From Thecamonas trahens ATCC 50062 (Eukaryota > Protista > Apusomonadida), in NCBI RefSeq assembly GCF_000142905.1, contig NW_013657640.1, positions 185,208-249,207 of the forward strand: 64,000 bases of DNA, given 5' to 3'. Positions 9,471 to 24,015 of the stretch are shown here, piece by piece. The position numbers were made by a program, and so were the translations under genes. Position 1 is the stretch's first letter. Each line of letters starts with the position of its first letter. The notes beneath the pieces were generated by a model. That model saw only the letters and a list, made by a program, of their open reading frames with translations, did no database searches and was not told the origin of the DNA.

Positions 9471-12400
9471 ATGGCTGTCTTTCCCCATGCCTACGTCGGC
9501 TCGTCGGGGCCGCACAGGGAGCGACCACAGGTACGCAGGGCAAAGGGGGAAAGGGAACAGGGAAGGGGAAGGGGAAGGGAAGGGCATGTACTCACTCGTC
9601 GCTATGGGTTTATGTGGGGGGGTCGGTGGCTGGTGGATGCGCCTGTGTCTGGCTGGCTCACTGGCTCGGTGGCTGATGGACTGGCTCGGTGTCTGGCTGG
9701 CTCACTGGCTTGGTGGCTGATGGACTGGATCGGTGCCTGTGGACTGGATCGGTGCCTGTGGACTGGATCGGTGCCTGTGGACTGGCTCGGTGGCTGATGG
9801 ACTGGATCGGTGCCTGTGGACTGGCTCGGTGCCTCTGGCCTGGATCGGTGCCTGTGGACTGGATCGGTGCCTGTGGACTGGATCGGTGTCTGGCTGGCTC
9901 ACTGGCTCGGTGCCTGTGGGCTGGATCGGTGCTATTTCCTTTCTCCCCTATACAGCGCCGCATCCGCATCTCGTATACCATCGAGGATGCAGCTCGTCCT
10001 CCTTCGCACCGCTTTGGCGTCAACGCTCTTGCAGTCGATCGCATCAACGTATGTTGTGTTGCCTCAAGGCATAATGCATTCCCCCTCTATCCCCGCCACA
10101 CTCACACTCATCCTCTCCCTACCTCCACAGAATCGCCTCTATACCGCAGGCCGCGACTCGACCATCATCTCGTGGGAGATGGGCGCGACAAGGTCCCAGG
10201 GCCGCGAACGGAGGGAGCCGTCTGCGCCGGTGGCCTCTCGCGTTCTCGCTGGCCACATTGATTGGGTCAACGACCTGGTCCTGTTTGGTGACGACAATCG
10301 TATGCTGATGTCGGCGTCGTCCGACACCTCAGTCGTGTGCTGGGACACATCCACCGGCGACGAGGTGTACGTCATGAACAGACATGCCGACTACGTCAAG
10401 GCCCTGGCGTACCTGCCTACTCGAGGTCTCATGGCCTCGGCTGGTCTCGACAACAAGATCTGTCTGTGGGACGTGGCCAACGTCGCCGCCTCTGTCGAGC
10501 TGACAGGTCACAAGGACTCGGTCTACGCGCTTGCTGCCGCCACTAGCGCTCCGATCCTCGCCTCAGGATCTTCTGAGAAGCTTGTTCGCCTCTGGGACGC
10601 CCGGAGCCACCGCAAGATCGGCAAGCTCAAGGGTCACACTGACATTGTCAAGACGCTCGCCGTCGACGCCTCCGGCTCGCTCATTCTCTCCGGCGGCTCC
10701 GACGGGCTGGTCAAGCTGTGGGATGTCGGGACCCGCAAGTGTCTCGCCTCGTACCGCATCCACGGCGACTCGGTCTGGTCGCTCCGGGCCTCAGACTCGC
10801 TCACTCACTTTTACTCGGCCTCGCGCGACGGCTCCATCGCGTACTCGACTCTCCGCTCCGGGCCAGATTCGGTTCTCTCGGTCCGCCTCGCCCAGCTCGA
10901 CCATCAGGTCCTCGCCCTTGCGCCGACTCACACACCCGGTGCCCAAAAGGCTGCTTCGCCAGGCCTGGTCTGGGTTGGAACCACCACATCGTCGCCAGTC
11001 GCCTTTGCAACTCCGGAGCCTGATCTGGCCCAGGACCTGTCGTCGTCGGTCTACGTCCCGCCACACACCGCAGCCTCGGCCTCTGGCGTCGTTGCCACCC
11101 CGCGAAATGCCCTTCCACCCAACACCCTCCCCGCGCCTCGAGCCCTTGCTCCCGTCGCCACCCTTCCGGGCACCACTGGCATCGTTCGCCACCAGATCCT
11201 TGCCGACCGCCGCCACGCGCTCACCCAGGACAACTCGGGCCTCATGCAGGTGTGGGACGTGACCCGCGGCGTCAAGATTTCGGACCTGCCTAACGCAGAC
11301 GACTGGGACGAGGAGCTCAAGACCCAGAACGACAACATCGGCCCTGTCGCCGTCCCCTCGTGGCTCACCCTCGACTCCAAGACCGGCGGCCTCACCGTTC
11401 ATCTCACCCAGCCGCAGTGCTTTGCCGCAGAAGTCTTTGCCGAGGACCTCAACCTCACCCCCTGCTGCCGCGAGCTGCCCGAACCCGGGACACGCATCAA
11501 CATCGGCCACGTAGTGCTCAAATCCATCTTCCGCCACGCCATCCGCCAATTCCTCGAGGAACACTCCGCCAAGGCCCGCCGCGCCGCCCGCCGCGCCGCC
11601 GCACACACCGCACCTGCGCCCGCCGACGACGACGTGTACTCGGATGAAGGCACTGCTGGTCGTGCCACAGGCTCCGCCGCCTCAGCCTCGGCCTCGACTT
11701 CGGCTGTCTCAAAGTCATCGCGACGCAGACGCCGCCATCGCAACTCGCGCCACGCTGGCCGCTCCGGCCGCAGAAAGGGCAAAGCCCGCAAGAAGCGCTC
11801 CGACACTGCAGGCGAAGAAGAGCAGGAGGAAGAGGACGACGACGGCACTGCGCCTCTCTCCGCCTCGGCCTCCCGCTCGCTCGGGGAAGACTCGTCCAAC
11901 GACTCGCGAACATCGCAAGATCGTGCTTCACCCCCTATCCCCGGTGCAGCGTCAGCCGAGCTCGACTCGGACTCGTGCGTCGGCTCGGCGGTGTCGTCAT
12001 CATCTGCCGATGCCGAGGAGCAGGCTGAGGATGCGCTCCTCGATCTGCAGCGCGGCGAGTCCCTCCTTCCGTGGTTCTTTGACCTCGCCGACTCGACTCG
12101 CGTCGTCGCCACCGAGGAGCCGTCGGGCCGCAAGCTGCTCTCTCTCACTGTCGGTGCCATGCACTCCAAGTGGAGCGAGATCAACATCGAGACGTGGCTT
12201 CACAACGCTCTGTGGGAGAACGTGCTCTGGGCCAATGAGCCGTCCAAGATCCTGTTCACCCTCGAGCCGCGCCCGAACTCGGACCTTGCCGCCCTCTCCA
12301 CTACCGGGCAGTCGCTGCAAGCTGCCCGAGTCTACCGCGTCAAGCGTGTTGCCGCACACGTCTTTAACCAGCTTGGCCTTGACCGAGAGGGCTATGACCC

Positions 12401-12899
12401 ATCCCGGCCCTGCGACGCCGTTGCCGTCTACTGTCGCAGCACACGCGTCGGGCCCGCAGTCGACCTTCGTGCCATTCGCCACCACTACTGGTGCGCGCCA
12501 GACGATCTGTGTCTCACCTACGACCGTGCCGCGCCTGCGCCGCACTCCCGCCTGCCGTCACCGGTCGATGACGATGAGCTTGCTCCCTCTCCCGCAACCG
12601 ACCCCGAGGCCGAAGAGCAGGCCGAGGAGCTCGAAGAGGTCGCTATCGCAGCCGCTGCTGCTGCCAATGAGAGTCCGTCGCGCAAGCGAGAGTCAGCCGG
12701 CCATCCGCTTGCGCCGCAGCCTAAGCGCGCAAAGACGTTGGCGGCCGCGGCGGACTTGGAAAACTCCGCTAGCTCCGGTGATACTGACACCGAGGCAGCG
12801 TCCGAGGCAGCGTCTCGAGTCAAGAACGCGGCCGAGACCAACACTGCGCTCCGGGTTACCGGTCGGGAGGGTTCGCCGTCGATCGAGGCAGTGGCGTAG
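9471..12899 (+). CDS. WDR48: WD repeat protein 48 / UAF1 (exons 9471-9530, 9956-10048, 10131-12899)
   Basis: Spliced N-terminus RRIRISYTI...FGVNALAVD..NRLYTAGRDSTII; HIDWVNDL, HADYVKALA, KLKGHTDIVK; VPSWLTLDSKTGGL; GT-AG introns keep the frame. Confidence 0.92.
9640..9932. repeat. 19-bp minisatellite (GGACTGGATCGGTGCCTGT and variants) in WDR48 intron 1
   Basis: More than 10 variant copies seen directly. Confidence 0.9.
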
Positions 12900-12934
12900 C
12901 CGCGAGAAGTAGCACCAGCGCTAGGTGTCGGTGT

Positions 12935-15900
12935 TTAACTTGAAACCTGGACCACAAAGGCAGAGAGCTCGAGGGGGGTCATCTCGACAGCGCCGGCTCG
13001 AACCTCGGCATCCACAGCCATCGACGTGCTGACCGCCATCAGCCGATTCTGTCCGGGTGCAACGACATAGAGCACATCGCCGACCGCCACCAATGTGCCG
13101 GCTGGTGGATACTCGTCGGGGCGAGCCTTGGTCAGCGGCTCGCCGGTGGGAATGGCCTCCACGACGTCGGCCGGCAGCGTGAGCGCGGCGCCGGTTGTGT
13201 ACCCTCGCACCGCCGCCAAGCCCGCGGCGACCTTGCGCTTGAACCCATCACACACAAGCATGACGTCCGAGTCAGACTCGCGGCCCTTGATCAGTGTCTC
13301 GTTGGGAAGTCGGAACCGGAACTGCCGCCTGGTACATCCTGCTTCGCCGGCCCAGCCCGACGCGGCTCGCAGAGCATTCACGGCCGCCTCGAGCTCGCGG
13401 CTCGACGCAAAGTAAAGGTTGAGCGAGTCGGCCGAGACCGAAGTGTGGATGCGAATGACCAGAAAGCCGCGCTCGACCTCCAGCCGCAGCAGCGAGTCGA
13501 GCGGTGCATCGTACGCCAGTCGTCCGGCCGCCTTGGGATGGAGCTTGCTTGTCGCTCGCGCGTAGTATGCATCCACAATCTCGCGGGTGTGCGGCGCAGG
13601 ATCCAGGATGTAGAGCGTTGACGTCGAAATGATCGCCAGTGCACCCTCGTTGGTGGAAAAGCTCGCCACAAACGCCTCGGCGCCGATAGCCATGCGCTCG
13701 CGCGCCTGCGGCGGCAGCGCTCTCCACGCCGCCAGCTGGCCCTCGGCCTCGTCGGGCGAGTACGGCTGGAGCACGCCGCCGAGTCGGTGCGGGACAACTC
13801 GCGGCAGCCGCCGCGGCGCCGGTGGACCAGCCACCATCGACGCCGCGTTGCGGATGCCCTCTGATGCCGAGTCGACAAGGTCGAGCGCGCCAACCACAGG
13901 CTTGGTCACCAGCCCCGCAACGCCCTTGCCCACGCCCTTGAAGAACCCGCGTGCGCCAGACTTGCGCGAACCCTTGACCGGCTGTGTCACCACGCCGGTC
14001 ACGCCCGAGATCAAGCCCTTGCCGAATCGCCGCAGGCCAGTCGTCACACCTGACACCGCCCCGGTTGGCTGGTTCCGCTCGCGATCTGCCTGTCGCTCTG
14101 CCGCGTACTCGCGATCCATCGAAAGCGCCGTGAGGCCCTTAGAGACCGACGCCGCCAGCTTGGACGTGGTGTTGAACACCCCATGCACTGTATTGCGCAC
14201 CAACGACTCGCCGCCATACACCAGGCCAGAGGCAAACGCCTCCGGCCCTTGCCGAAGTGCCACCACCGGCTCGTAGAACGCGTCTGACACTCCGGTCTTG
14301 AGGTCCGCCACCAGACCCAGTGGGTTGCCGAGCACCTCCGACGAGCCCACAAGCGCCAGTGCCTGCGCACGCGCTTCACCCGAGTAGTGCGCCCCGACAA
14401 GCGCCGCCAGCGTCGCCGGGTTGACAAACAACCGCTCCGCCACAAGGTCTGACAGTGAGAGCGGCGCGCGCTCCACCGCGGCCACCATCGCCAGCAGCTG
14501 TGCGCCCATTCCTGGCCGCCGCTCTGCACATCGGCATCCATCGCAAACGTGAGCGAGCACGAGATCGACGGCAGTTGCAGGAACGAAAAGTACAGCTGCT
14601 TGCCGCCACTGCCCGCGCCTTCTGGCCCATCCTTGTCGCTCTCGGGCCCAACCACGCCGACCGTCTCTGCCAGTGCCTGCAACTCGGCAGCTGCGTCAAA
14701 GACGTCATCCTCCGGTCGCCATGCTCTGCCAAGTCCGCTGAGCGCATTGAGCGACGAGAGCTCGGCCCGGAGCTCTAGAGGCGCAACGGCAACCATGAGT
14801 GCCGAGATGTAGCGAACCGACGGCGACGACGCAGATCCGGTTCCCTCCAGCGAAAAGACCGGTAGCTCGCCACGCTGTGACGATGCCGTCGACGACGACG
14901 CTCCGCCGCGTCCGCTGCGCCTGTCCTTCTTGCATCGCGGATAGAGTAGGACCGGGAACTTGGGCTTGTGGCTGGGCGACGCCTCCACAGTCTCGATTTG
15001 CGCGCCCCAGATGTTGGCAGACACAGCAGCCTCACCGTCACTGAACACCTCGAGCTTACCCTCGATGTCGTCAAGCGAGACAAGGAAGAGCTCGCCAGGT
15101 GCACCAAATCGCCGTGGGTGGTGTGGCACAATAACTGAGACCGTGATGGCCAAAATGTTGAGGTCCACCGTCCACGGCGTCGTCGGCGGGCGCGGGACAA
15201 CAGCCCAACCATCGGTAACCACGGCCGCACGAGCCGCCGCATCGGCCGCCGCCGCCGACACCTCGGCCATGCTCGCCCCCGCTCGCCACGACGCTTCCAG
15301 CACCATGGCCGGCCCGTCGGCAAACACGTTGACCCGCAAGATGTTGTTGGGGTGCAAGACAAGGACCTCGGCAAGGCCTTCGGCAGCAAATATCGACGAC
15401 GGGAACGAGATGGCAAGATCGCTCTGATTTGGTCGCATCCAGCTGAGCGAGAGCTCAAATGGCGCGCCCGAGCCCGCCTCGGGCACCAGGCCGGTCTCAC
15501 CCAGCGCCGCAACAGGCAGAGCGTGCGACACCCCGCTCTCCATCACCTCTAGCGCAAATGGAGTCTGATTGCGGATCCGGTATGGCGCGATGGGCACGTG
15601 GTGCGAGAGACGGACCACCACCGACTTGTCCTCCACCACCATGTGCAGCCGCACAAGGTTCATGGTGTTCGTCTCGTAGTTGAGGAGCTTGACTGGGCAG
15701 TCGATGAGCGAAGCAAGGCCAAATGGGCGCGTCCATCGCCAGCCGGTACCATCAGCACGGCGCATAAAGACGTGCCGCTCTATGGTGGCGTCCTGCCACA
15801 CCACTGGCGCCCGCGACCGCGGCGGAAGAATGGCCAGCGGTATGCTGCTCGCCGGTGCCTGTGTAAACTCGAGCGACGCAGAGGTCTCGTTGACCAGCAC

Positions 15901-18900
15901 GTATCGTGGCTGGATGACCACCAGCCGCGTGTGAGCGAGGAGGCCGGAACCGACCTGAGACGAGAGCGTCATGTCGTACCGCGCCGACCGCGACGCCTGT
16001 CGCCGCCGCTCCTCGCAAGTTAGCAGGCTCTCGCCGATGTTGCCCGAGACATCAATAGCGGCCGGCGAGTAGTTGGTCTTGTCGATGCTGACAACAAGCG
16101 GAAAGCTGGAAAAGTACAGCGGTGCTGCTCCCGCCGAGCCGTGGCGGATGGCTTGCGCAACTCGGCCGCGCCGCCTGTGCCGCCGCAGCCGGCGCCGAGC
16201 CCGCAACTTGCCGGCCATGGTTGTTGCCGACGGCGACTTGGAGTAGAACGTGATCTTAGCTTCGGCCACTCCGACACCGGGCACAGGCGTGCACAGTTCG
16301 GCATCACAAGCCGCGCCGCTAGCCAGGGCGGGGAGAACCTTGTGCTTGCTCGTGGTCGCTCCCGACTTGGCGAACCGCGCCTCCCACGGCGTCTTGTTGA
16401 TGAACCAGTACTCGGCATAGCACACAACCGAGTGGGTCCGCGTGTCGGGATCGTAGTCGGTGGCAAATCTCACGACCGAGACCCGGGCAGTGTCGCCCAT
16501 GCCGAGCGCGCCAACCTGCGGGAGCGAGAAAAACTGGGTGCGGGCAATCCTCTCAAGCGCGTCGATCTGAGCGGTATCGCACTCGTCAAAGTCCTCGGGG
16601 AGGAGGCGGACGACGGTCCAATTTGACCAATCGTGGCCACCGGCCCGGATCCGCATGCGGAAGGCGCCGTCGTGGACATTGACCTCATGCACATCAAGCG
16701 AGTTGAGCGGACCAAGCTTGCCGGCGCGGGAAAGGATTTGGCCCGCCACAGGCGCCAGCTCATATTCGAGGGCGCACGGCAGCGCGTTAGTCACCGCCAT
16801 CGGCGTCGAGATCGAGAACCAGTGGCCCGGGTAGACCTTACACGCCAGAAAAGCGTCGGCGCCGGAGACCACAGGCTCGGCATAGACATTGGCACGGAGA
16901 GGAATGAGCGAGTCGGTGTTCGACTTGCCCTCGGCTTCGACAACGCCTGCAAGAAGCGGGTCATGACTCGCAAGTCCGGTCTCGTCGACAAGCTCGATCT
17001 TGCGCCACTTGAAGCCGGCCTTGGGCCATTTGTAGCCGCCGGTAGGCCGGATCTTGACGGCTGCCGAGAGGCCCGAGTGATGAGGCAGGAGAATAAGCGG
17101 CGGGATGGCGACGAACTCGCCCGACGCAAGGCTACGCGAGAGCGAGAACGACAGCTTGGTCGCCTTGGCGCCCGCCACCACTTCCCACGCCAGCGCAGAG
17201 TCGTTGCGCAGAACCATGCCCGAGGCAAACTTGAGATGGAACTTGCCCTCGGGCAGGAGCGTGACCTCGTAGTAGAGGTAGGCGCCGGATGGCGCGCCGC
17301 TGGAGCTCCACTGCAGCGCCACAACATGCGAGCCGACCGAGGTGAGCGGAAGAGTCGTGATCGGCGCAAAGAGCGCAGCAAGATCCTGGTCAACCCCACC
17401 CCAGTTGGGATCGTCAACCAGTGGAAGGTAGTTGGCGTCGACGAGCGCCTGAGCGACTGGCCCGGTCAGGAGCTGTGCAGTCATGGTCGTTTCCGCGGAC
17501 GACGCGAGCTTTCGCACCTTGGAGGTGTGGAGCGGGAGAAGAAGTGGTGAAGCGGTGTTGGCCTCCAGCTCGGTGACGCACCCGTCGACCGAGAGCCGGA
17601 GAGCAAGTCCAGTCGCGTTGGTCACCATGTATGGTGAGCCGCGCGATCGCTTGTTGGTCAGCGCCTCGGCGGTTGGCGTACTTGGGCCGGCTCCCGTAGG
17701 TTCTGCGGCCGACGCTGCAGCCCGGTTCGGATCGTCAGACCGATCGGTGGCGAGCGCAGCAAGCTCGGTCGCCAGTCGCACGACGCCGAGGCCAGCAGCT
17801 GTGACGGTGACAGCTAGAGGCGACACAACCGCGAGCTTCAAGGCGAGGCCGTCGCGGGATTGGGCGTCTGCAGGCCGCAGGCCAATTCGAAGCATGGTCT
17901 TCTCGACCAGCGGCTCCCAGGCTGAGACCTCGCAGTTAAAGAAGTTGAGCGCCACCGCAGCGTTGATGCGCGGGTTCTCGCCGGCCGTTGAGCCGCCCAT
18001 TGACGCATCGAGGCGAAGGAGCGGCACATTCTCGCCTTGTGAGTCGTTGACCAGTGTGACTCGCAGCGACTGGGAGGCCAGCGTGAGGACCATGCCTGGC
18101 GATGGAGGCTTGGCCTCTGATGCTGCGGCGAGCTCAGTGGAGACAGCCGGGGCCGTCTGGCCGGCCGAGAGCGAGGCAGCGGCAGCAGCCATGAGGCTGA
18201 CGTCCGAGTAGGCGACAAAGGCGTCGTAGGCGGCGGTGGCGACCACAACCGAAGTCGGGACCGCTGGTGCTGTCGAGACGGTGACCGAGATGTCAATGGG
18301 AGCCAGGATGGCGACAGCCGAGCTCGCGAGGTTGTCAATGTCGGCAGCAAAGACCTCGAGGCTCTTGGACTCGATCCGAGTGGTGGCTGTTGCGCCCAAG
18401 CCATCGTAGACGACCGAGAGCGACTGGTCCAGCACAAGGGCACGCGAGTCAGGACGGGTGTGATCGCCAGGCATGACGATTTGCGGCGAGGAGATCAAAA
18501 CAGTTGTGAGGGTGCGGGTCGCGCGCTTCTCCAGCGGGCGGTCGAACCAGGCCGCAGTGGTGTCGCGATAATGCGGCGGCGACGGCGAGTTGTCGATGGG
18601 CCACACAAAGGCGTAGAGCTCACGCATGACGTCGGGAACCACAAGCGTCTGCGAGTGGTCGAGAGTGACGGTGTACGAGAGGCCCGGCATGGGCGCGCCC
18701 AGCGGATGGTGGACACCGGCAATGGTGAGCTGCGGCGCGCCATTGGTGCCGTCGGCAGGGACAACCGGCGCAAGGAGCGAGGCGTGGACCGAGGTCCGAA
18801 GATATGGCTCACGAACGTCGCGGAGGAACAGGCCCTGGACCGTAAGCGACACGTCCATGTCGCCACGGAGCCGCGAAGTGGTGCGGAGAGCAAGACCGTC

Positions 18901-21900
18901 GATGACGGCGTGGGCAAGGGGACCTGCGCCAGAGAGCGCGTTGAAGACCACGGTGCCCGAAGGGAGGTCCATGCCAAAGACAAAGGTGGCAGCAGAGACA
19001 TCAGCGTCGCTGGCGCCTGGCGTGCAGGCGTCAAGTGATGGAAGCAGGCTCGGATCCTTGTCCGGAGGCGGCGGGCGAGTGCCGACCGAGGCCGGTGCAC
19101 GGTCGAGCTGCAGATACGCTGACGCCTTGGTCTCATCCATGGCTTCGCCCGAGTAGGCGTTGACGAGGGTGTACTGATCCTGGCTGAGGGTGGCAACGAC
19201 GCCAGACCCAAATCCGATGGTGAGGCATGAAGCTGTGCCAGGAACAAGGGCACGCTCAAAGGCGAGCGACGTGGCAACGTCGAGGACCAGATTGGCCTCG
19301 GCCTCGTGAGCAATGGTGGCAATGCCAGCGTGGCCGATGCTGATCGAGAGTGTGTCGGTACCAGCGTCAAGGTCAAAGGCGTTCGAGCCCGACACGCCTG
19401 CCAGCTTGAGAACGATAGCGTCGCGGGAGAGCGCGTTGCGTGGAAGGGCAATGACAGCTCGTGGCACGTCGAGCGTGAGGCGGTAGGGAGTCGGCGCGTC
19501 GGGGACAGCCTCGAGAGTCGTCGACGCCACGGCACTGCCGCTGGAGGCGGGTTTGGGAAGCAGCGTGCCAAACGATCCAAAGTAGGCCGCCATGTCCATG
19601 GCAAAGCGATAGAGAAGGGTGATTTCGAGCGGAGCAACCGCAACGCTGATGTCGAGCGGAGCGTTTGGCTCCATGCCGACAACAACGTCGACCGAGGTAG
19701 CGGATGACGTCGCGGACGACGGCGCGCAGACGGCGGTGTGACAGCCTGCCCACGGCGAGGTGTCAGTGACAGTGAGCGGGCCGAGATGAGCTTCGAAGTG
19801 ATGCGCGAGGTTGGTCGAGGTGAGCGAGAACGTCGACGAGGCAAAGCCAAGATGGGCAAGATGAACAAAGGCGCGCGGTGCTTGCTCAAATAGATCCGGC
19901 AGCGGCGCACCCGACGGTGGGTCAAAGGCTACGAGACTCACACCAAACGAAGCGAGATTGACGCGAATGGAGCCAAGGCCGGACGATGCCGCGTCGGCAG
20001 GCTGTGGCGCAGGAACAGCAGCACTCGCGTCCAGAAGCGGAGCACGGCTCTCGGGCGCTGCCGACGACGCGGTGAGAACGTCGAGGTAGGTGAGAAGGCG
20101 GGCGATAGAGAGGCGCGAGAGCGCAAAGTCGACGGCGCTGATGTCAACAAGGAGACCATCAGGGGTGTAGGCAAACGAAACAAGCGAGTCACCCGCAGAG
20201 TGCGACGAGACCAGTGGAGCGGCAGGCGAGTCGGCCGCGGTCTCAAGGAGGTCCGAGACGAGAAGCGTAGAGAGTGCGCCACTCCATTCACTACCTGCGC
20301 CGGAGAGCGAGGCATCGACAAAAGCGATGGAGAGGATGGGAAGCCGTGGGCGCTCTTCGTCGGGCTCGGAATCGAGGGTAAGTGCAACGCGTGGGACAAG
20401 AAGCGAGATACGAAACGGAGGAGACGACGCGTCTGGAGCAGAGCTCGTCGCGGGCACGACATCGTGCGAGCTCAGCGTTGGGCGAGCCGGAGCCACCGGA
20501 TCGGCGCCAGCCAGGTTGCTCAGCACGATAGCGACAGCACGGCCAACGTCCGAGACCGCGAGCTGCGAGGTGACGTCGCCGGCACGGACGTCGAGAATCG
20601 GGGCGGGGCCGGCGACGTCGAGCGAAGCGGCCATGTCAAACGGCTGGCAGAGGAGGAGCGGCGGCTGGTCGGCGTCGGCGTAGACGGCAGCGACGACATG
20701 CGATAGCGAGAGAGTGTAGGCAGTGGGTCCGCTTGCGGGAGCGACTGCCAGGGTGCCGAGCTCAAGAGTGACGGCCTCGCGCGAGGTGGGCGAGGCCGGG
20801 ATGATGATGACTGGTGAGGCGACCGAAGCGTGGCAGGCAAAGGATGCGGAAGGCGAGGTCTGGGTGGCGAGCGTCTCCATGGTTGTGGTGGCGAGCGATG
20901 ACGCAGTGTTTTCCACGGCCGGACGGAGAGCGCCGAGCTTGCCGAGCACACTCGACACAACTGTGAGTGTCGAGGCAAGGACGACAACACGGACCGACGG
21001 AATGTCGAGACGGGCAACAAGGGTGGCGGCCGATGCCGGGTCGTAAGAGAGATTGACTTGTGCGGCGTGGGTATCGGTGAGCGTGATGAGCGAGTCGGCG
21101 TAGGGCGAGTCGAGCGGAAGGGTGGCGTCCAAGGCCGAGATGTTGCCCATGGTGAGCGAGGCGGTGAGCTCGCCGGAAGAGGCGCGAGCTACAGCGGCGG
21201 ACGAGCTAGTGAGCTCGGCCGAGAACAGCGGGGCGGTGGAGTCCTCGCCAAGAAGGTCGAGAGTGATGCAGTTGACCGAGGCCGAGGCGTCGACAACACC
21301 AGTCCAGCGCGCGCTGGCGAGCGCGGCGTCTGGCGCAGCATGGACGTCCGGGCTGGTCTCGGCCTTGGGCAGCGGTGCGAGGGCCGAGCGGACGTAGCCG
21401 TGGAGAGCGAGGAGCGGCGGCGGGAGGAGAACAACGTGGAGATGTGCGGCGGCGACGTGAAGCGAGTGGGTGACTGGCGACGCTGCCAGCGCGACCGAGT
21501 ACTTGAGCTCGACGAGCGCCGAGGCCTCAGCATGATCCGGGGTGGAGAGGAGAGCGACGCCGGAGCACGGGTCGATGACAGTGACCGACGGGACAGCAAA
21601 GTTGAGGAGGATTGCATCGGCCGAGTGGGCGTAGTCTAGATGGACACCAGTGACGACGACAAACGGAAGGCGGCGGTCGGTGCCGACAGGCTCGAGCACC
21701 AGCTCCAGCCGCGGAACGTGAAGGGCGAGGCGGGCCGAGACAGCAGCTGGCTCGGCAGCAGGAGCAACAGCTGAAGACGAGATCGGTTCCAGGTCATCGG
21801 CCGCGTCGAAAAACTGGTCCGAGTCCTCAAGCGAGTCTTCAGCCTCGGTCTTGGTCTCGGCATCGGCATCGACATCGGCGTCGGTCTCGCCAGACTCTGA

Positions 21901-24015
21901 CGCGGCAATTGGGAGCGGCAACGGGGCCGAGGCCAGCGCAGCCGAGTACGAGGTGGCGACGGCAAGGAGCGCTGCGGCCTGGGCGGGCGGAAGCGCAAAG
22001 ACAAGCTCAGGCAGGGTGGAAGAGACGTCAAGGATGTCCGAGGAGAGGTCGAGGGCCCGGAGGGCGAGCGAGGTGGGAGCGATGACGTTGGCGCCGCCGG
22101 CCGAGAGCGCGACGTCGGTGGCGTCGACAGTGACAACGGTGCGGACGTCAGCCGGCTGGGGGTGGTTTCCAGCAAGGGCGGCATCCTTGGCGTCGCCGGC
22201 AAACGAGACGACGGTGAGGCCGGTTGTGGTGAGGGCAACTTCCGAGTCGAGGGCCAGAGTAAGGGCCTGCAGAGCGATGTCGAGATTGATGACGGAGCGG
22301 CCAGCACAAGCCGCTAGGGTCACGCGCTGGAACTCCTTGAGCTGGGCGGCGTACGAAGCGTAGATTGAGTCGAGGAGCGCATTGTGCGGGACGGAGAATG
22401 CGGCAACAAGCCGGCCGAGCGAGGAAGCAGAGATGCCGGCGGTACAAGGCAGCGAGCGGATGCGAAGACTGTACTGCGGGAGCGGGTGCGGATCGGCCGA
22501 GAGCGACTTGGCGAGCGAGCAGGTGAGGGCGTGGGCATGGGCCGAGTCGCCAAACGAGACAATGTCGGTATTGGCGGTGGTGTCGGCGACGCGGAACGAT
22601 CCCAGGCTTGCGTCAAAGGCAAAACCCGAGTTTGAGACCGAGGCTGTGAGGCCCAGGCTGGTGGCGGTGGCATCAAGAAGCTTGTCCCCAGCATCGGTGA
22701 GGGCGAGTGAGAGCGAGGAGAGCTTGACCGAGGCATCGAGGAGGACGTACGACGGCGGGAGATCGTCAGCGGACGAGAGAGCGGAGAGCTCGTCGGCCGA
22801 CGAGAGACCCAGCAAATCGACCATTTCGTCGTCGGTGAGGACGGTAGGGGGCGGAGCGTGAGCGGAATCGTCTGCAGGCGCAGGCGACGGCGACGACCAC
22901 CACGATGAGAAGAGGCGCGAGACGATCGATTGCGAGGCGGCGAGCTCTGCGGCGGCCTTTTCCGCAGCAAGCGAGGCGACAAGGGCGTCGTGGGCTACTT
23001 TGCGGCGGGCGGCGCGGAGTACAGCAAGCGGGAGGGCCGACTCGAGGTACTCGCACTCGTCAGGGGCCGAGTCGGGGCCGGCAAGGAGAAGCGCTGAATA
23101 GCGCTCCGCGAGCTGGTCGGCGTCTGCGGCGAGGTCGTTGTCCTGCAAGTGGTAGGCGTGGCGGGCAATTTTGGAGTACATGGAACAGGTGGCGAGGACA
23201 CGCGCGAGAGCTTGCCACTGGGCCGAGTCGAGGGCGAGGTCAACGCCCGAGTTGAGGCCGAGGGTAGCGGTGATGCGCGGCGTCTCGGGCGATGAGGCCG
23301 GATCGCGGACGATGGCAACCTTGAGCTCGCCATCGAGCGGACGGAGGACGCTGGCCGCGTCTGGAGTCGAGCTGACGTCGGCGTGGATGGAGAGGCCCGA
23401 AAGCGAGCCGAGCTTGTGGATGAGGGTGGAGGAGCAGTTCTCGACAAAGGTGGGGACCCAGGCTTCATCGGTCGAGGTAAAGGCGAGCGAGTCGAGGGTA
23501 ACCCCCATGGAGAGCTCACCGTCCTCGATGTAGCTGAGCTTGACGTCTGTGAGGGTGACCTGCAGATTCTCGGCCATCTTTGTGGCGAGACGATCAAGCA
23601 TACCATCAGAAGCCTTGTCGGTTTCGGGAACGGGCGCACCGGCGCCCTTGGAGCGGAGGGCGGCCTCGATGCGGAGAGCGTCGTCTGCGGCGAGCTCATC
23701 GAGGCGAGCACGCTTGATGGCCAGACGCTCGCGATCGTCAGGTACACGCTTGGGCCCGAGACGAAGGTGGACGCCCGAGACCTCCATAGAGACAGGCGTC
23801 GACCAGACCTTCCACGGAATGCGGACGGAGACCTTGGCGAGCGAGCCGGAGACGACGGCGAGAGGGTAGTCGACAAAGGCCGCCGGCTCGATCTCCAGGT
23901 TCTCCAGCTCGACCACACCCGAGGTAATAGCCACCTTGAGAGCCTCAGGCTCAATAGCCTTGACATACTTGCCGAGTTTGGCGGTGACCACGCGGGCCAC
24001 GGTGTCCTCCAGCAT
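12935..24015 (-). CDS. VPS13: VPS13-family bulk lipid transport protein (~3,690 aa); apparent 1-nt frameshift near 14513
   Basis: Chorein_N start (LGKYVKAI...GVVELENLEI), VAB-like repeats (YWFINKT, PRYVLVNET, PYRIRNQT), ATG2_C region (GNPLGLV...FYEP...GVGKGVAGLVTKPVVGALD). Confidence 0.92.

Noticed and set aside
9640-9932. Regular 19-bp repeats resembling a CRISPR array or a WD-like coding repeat
   Set aside because: No unique spacers and no cas genes; lies in WDR48 intron 1, so the ORF-track start at 9810 is spurious
14044-14560. VPS13 as a split gene or pseudogene
   Set aside because: One missing base explains the break and both halves are otherwise intact
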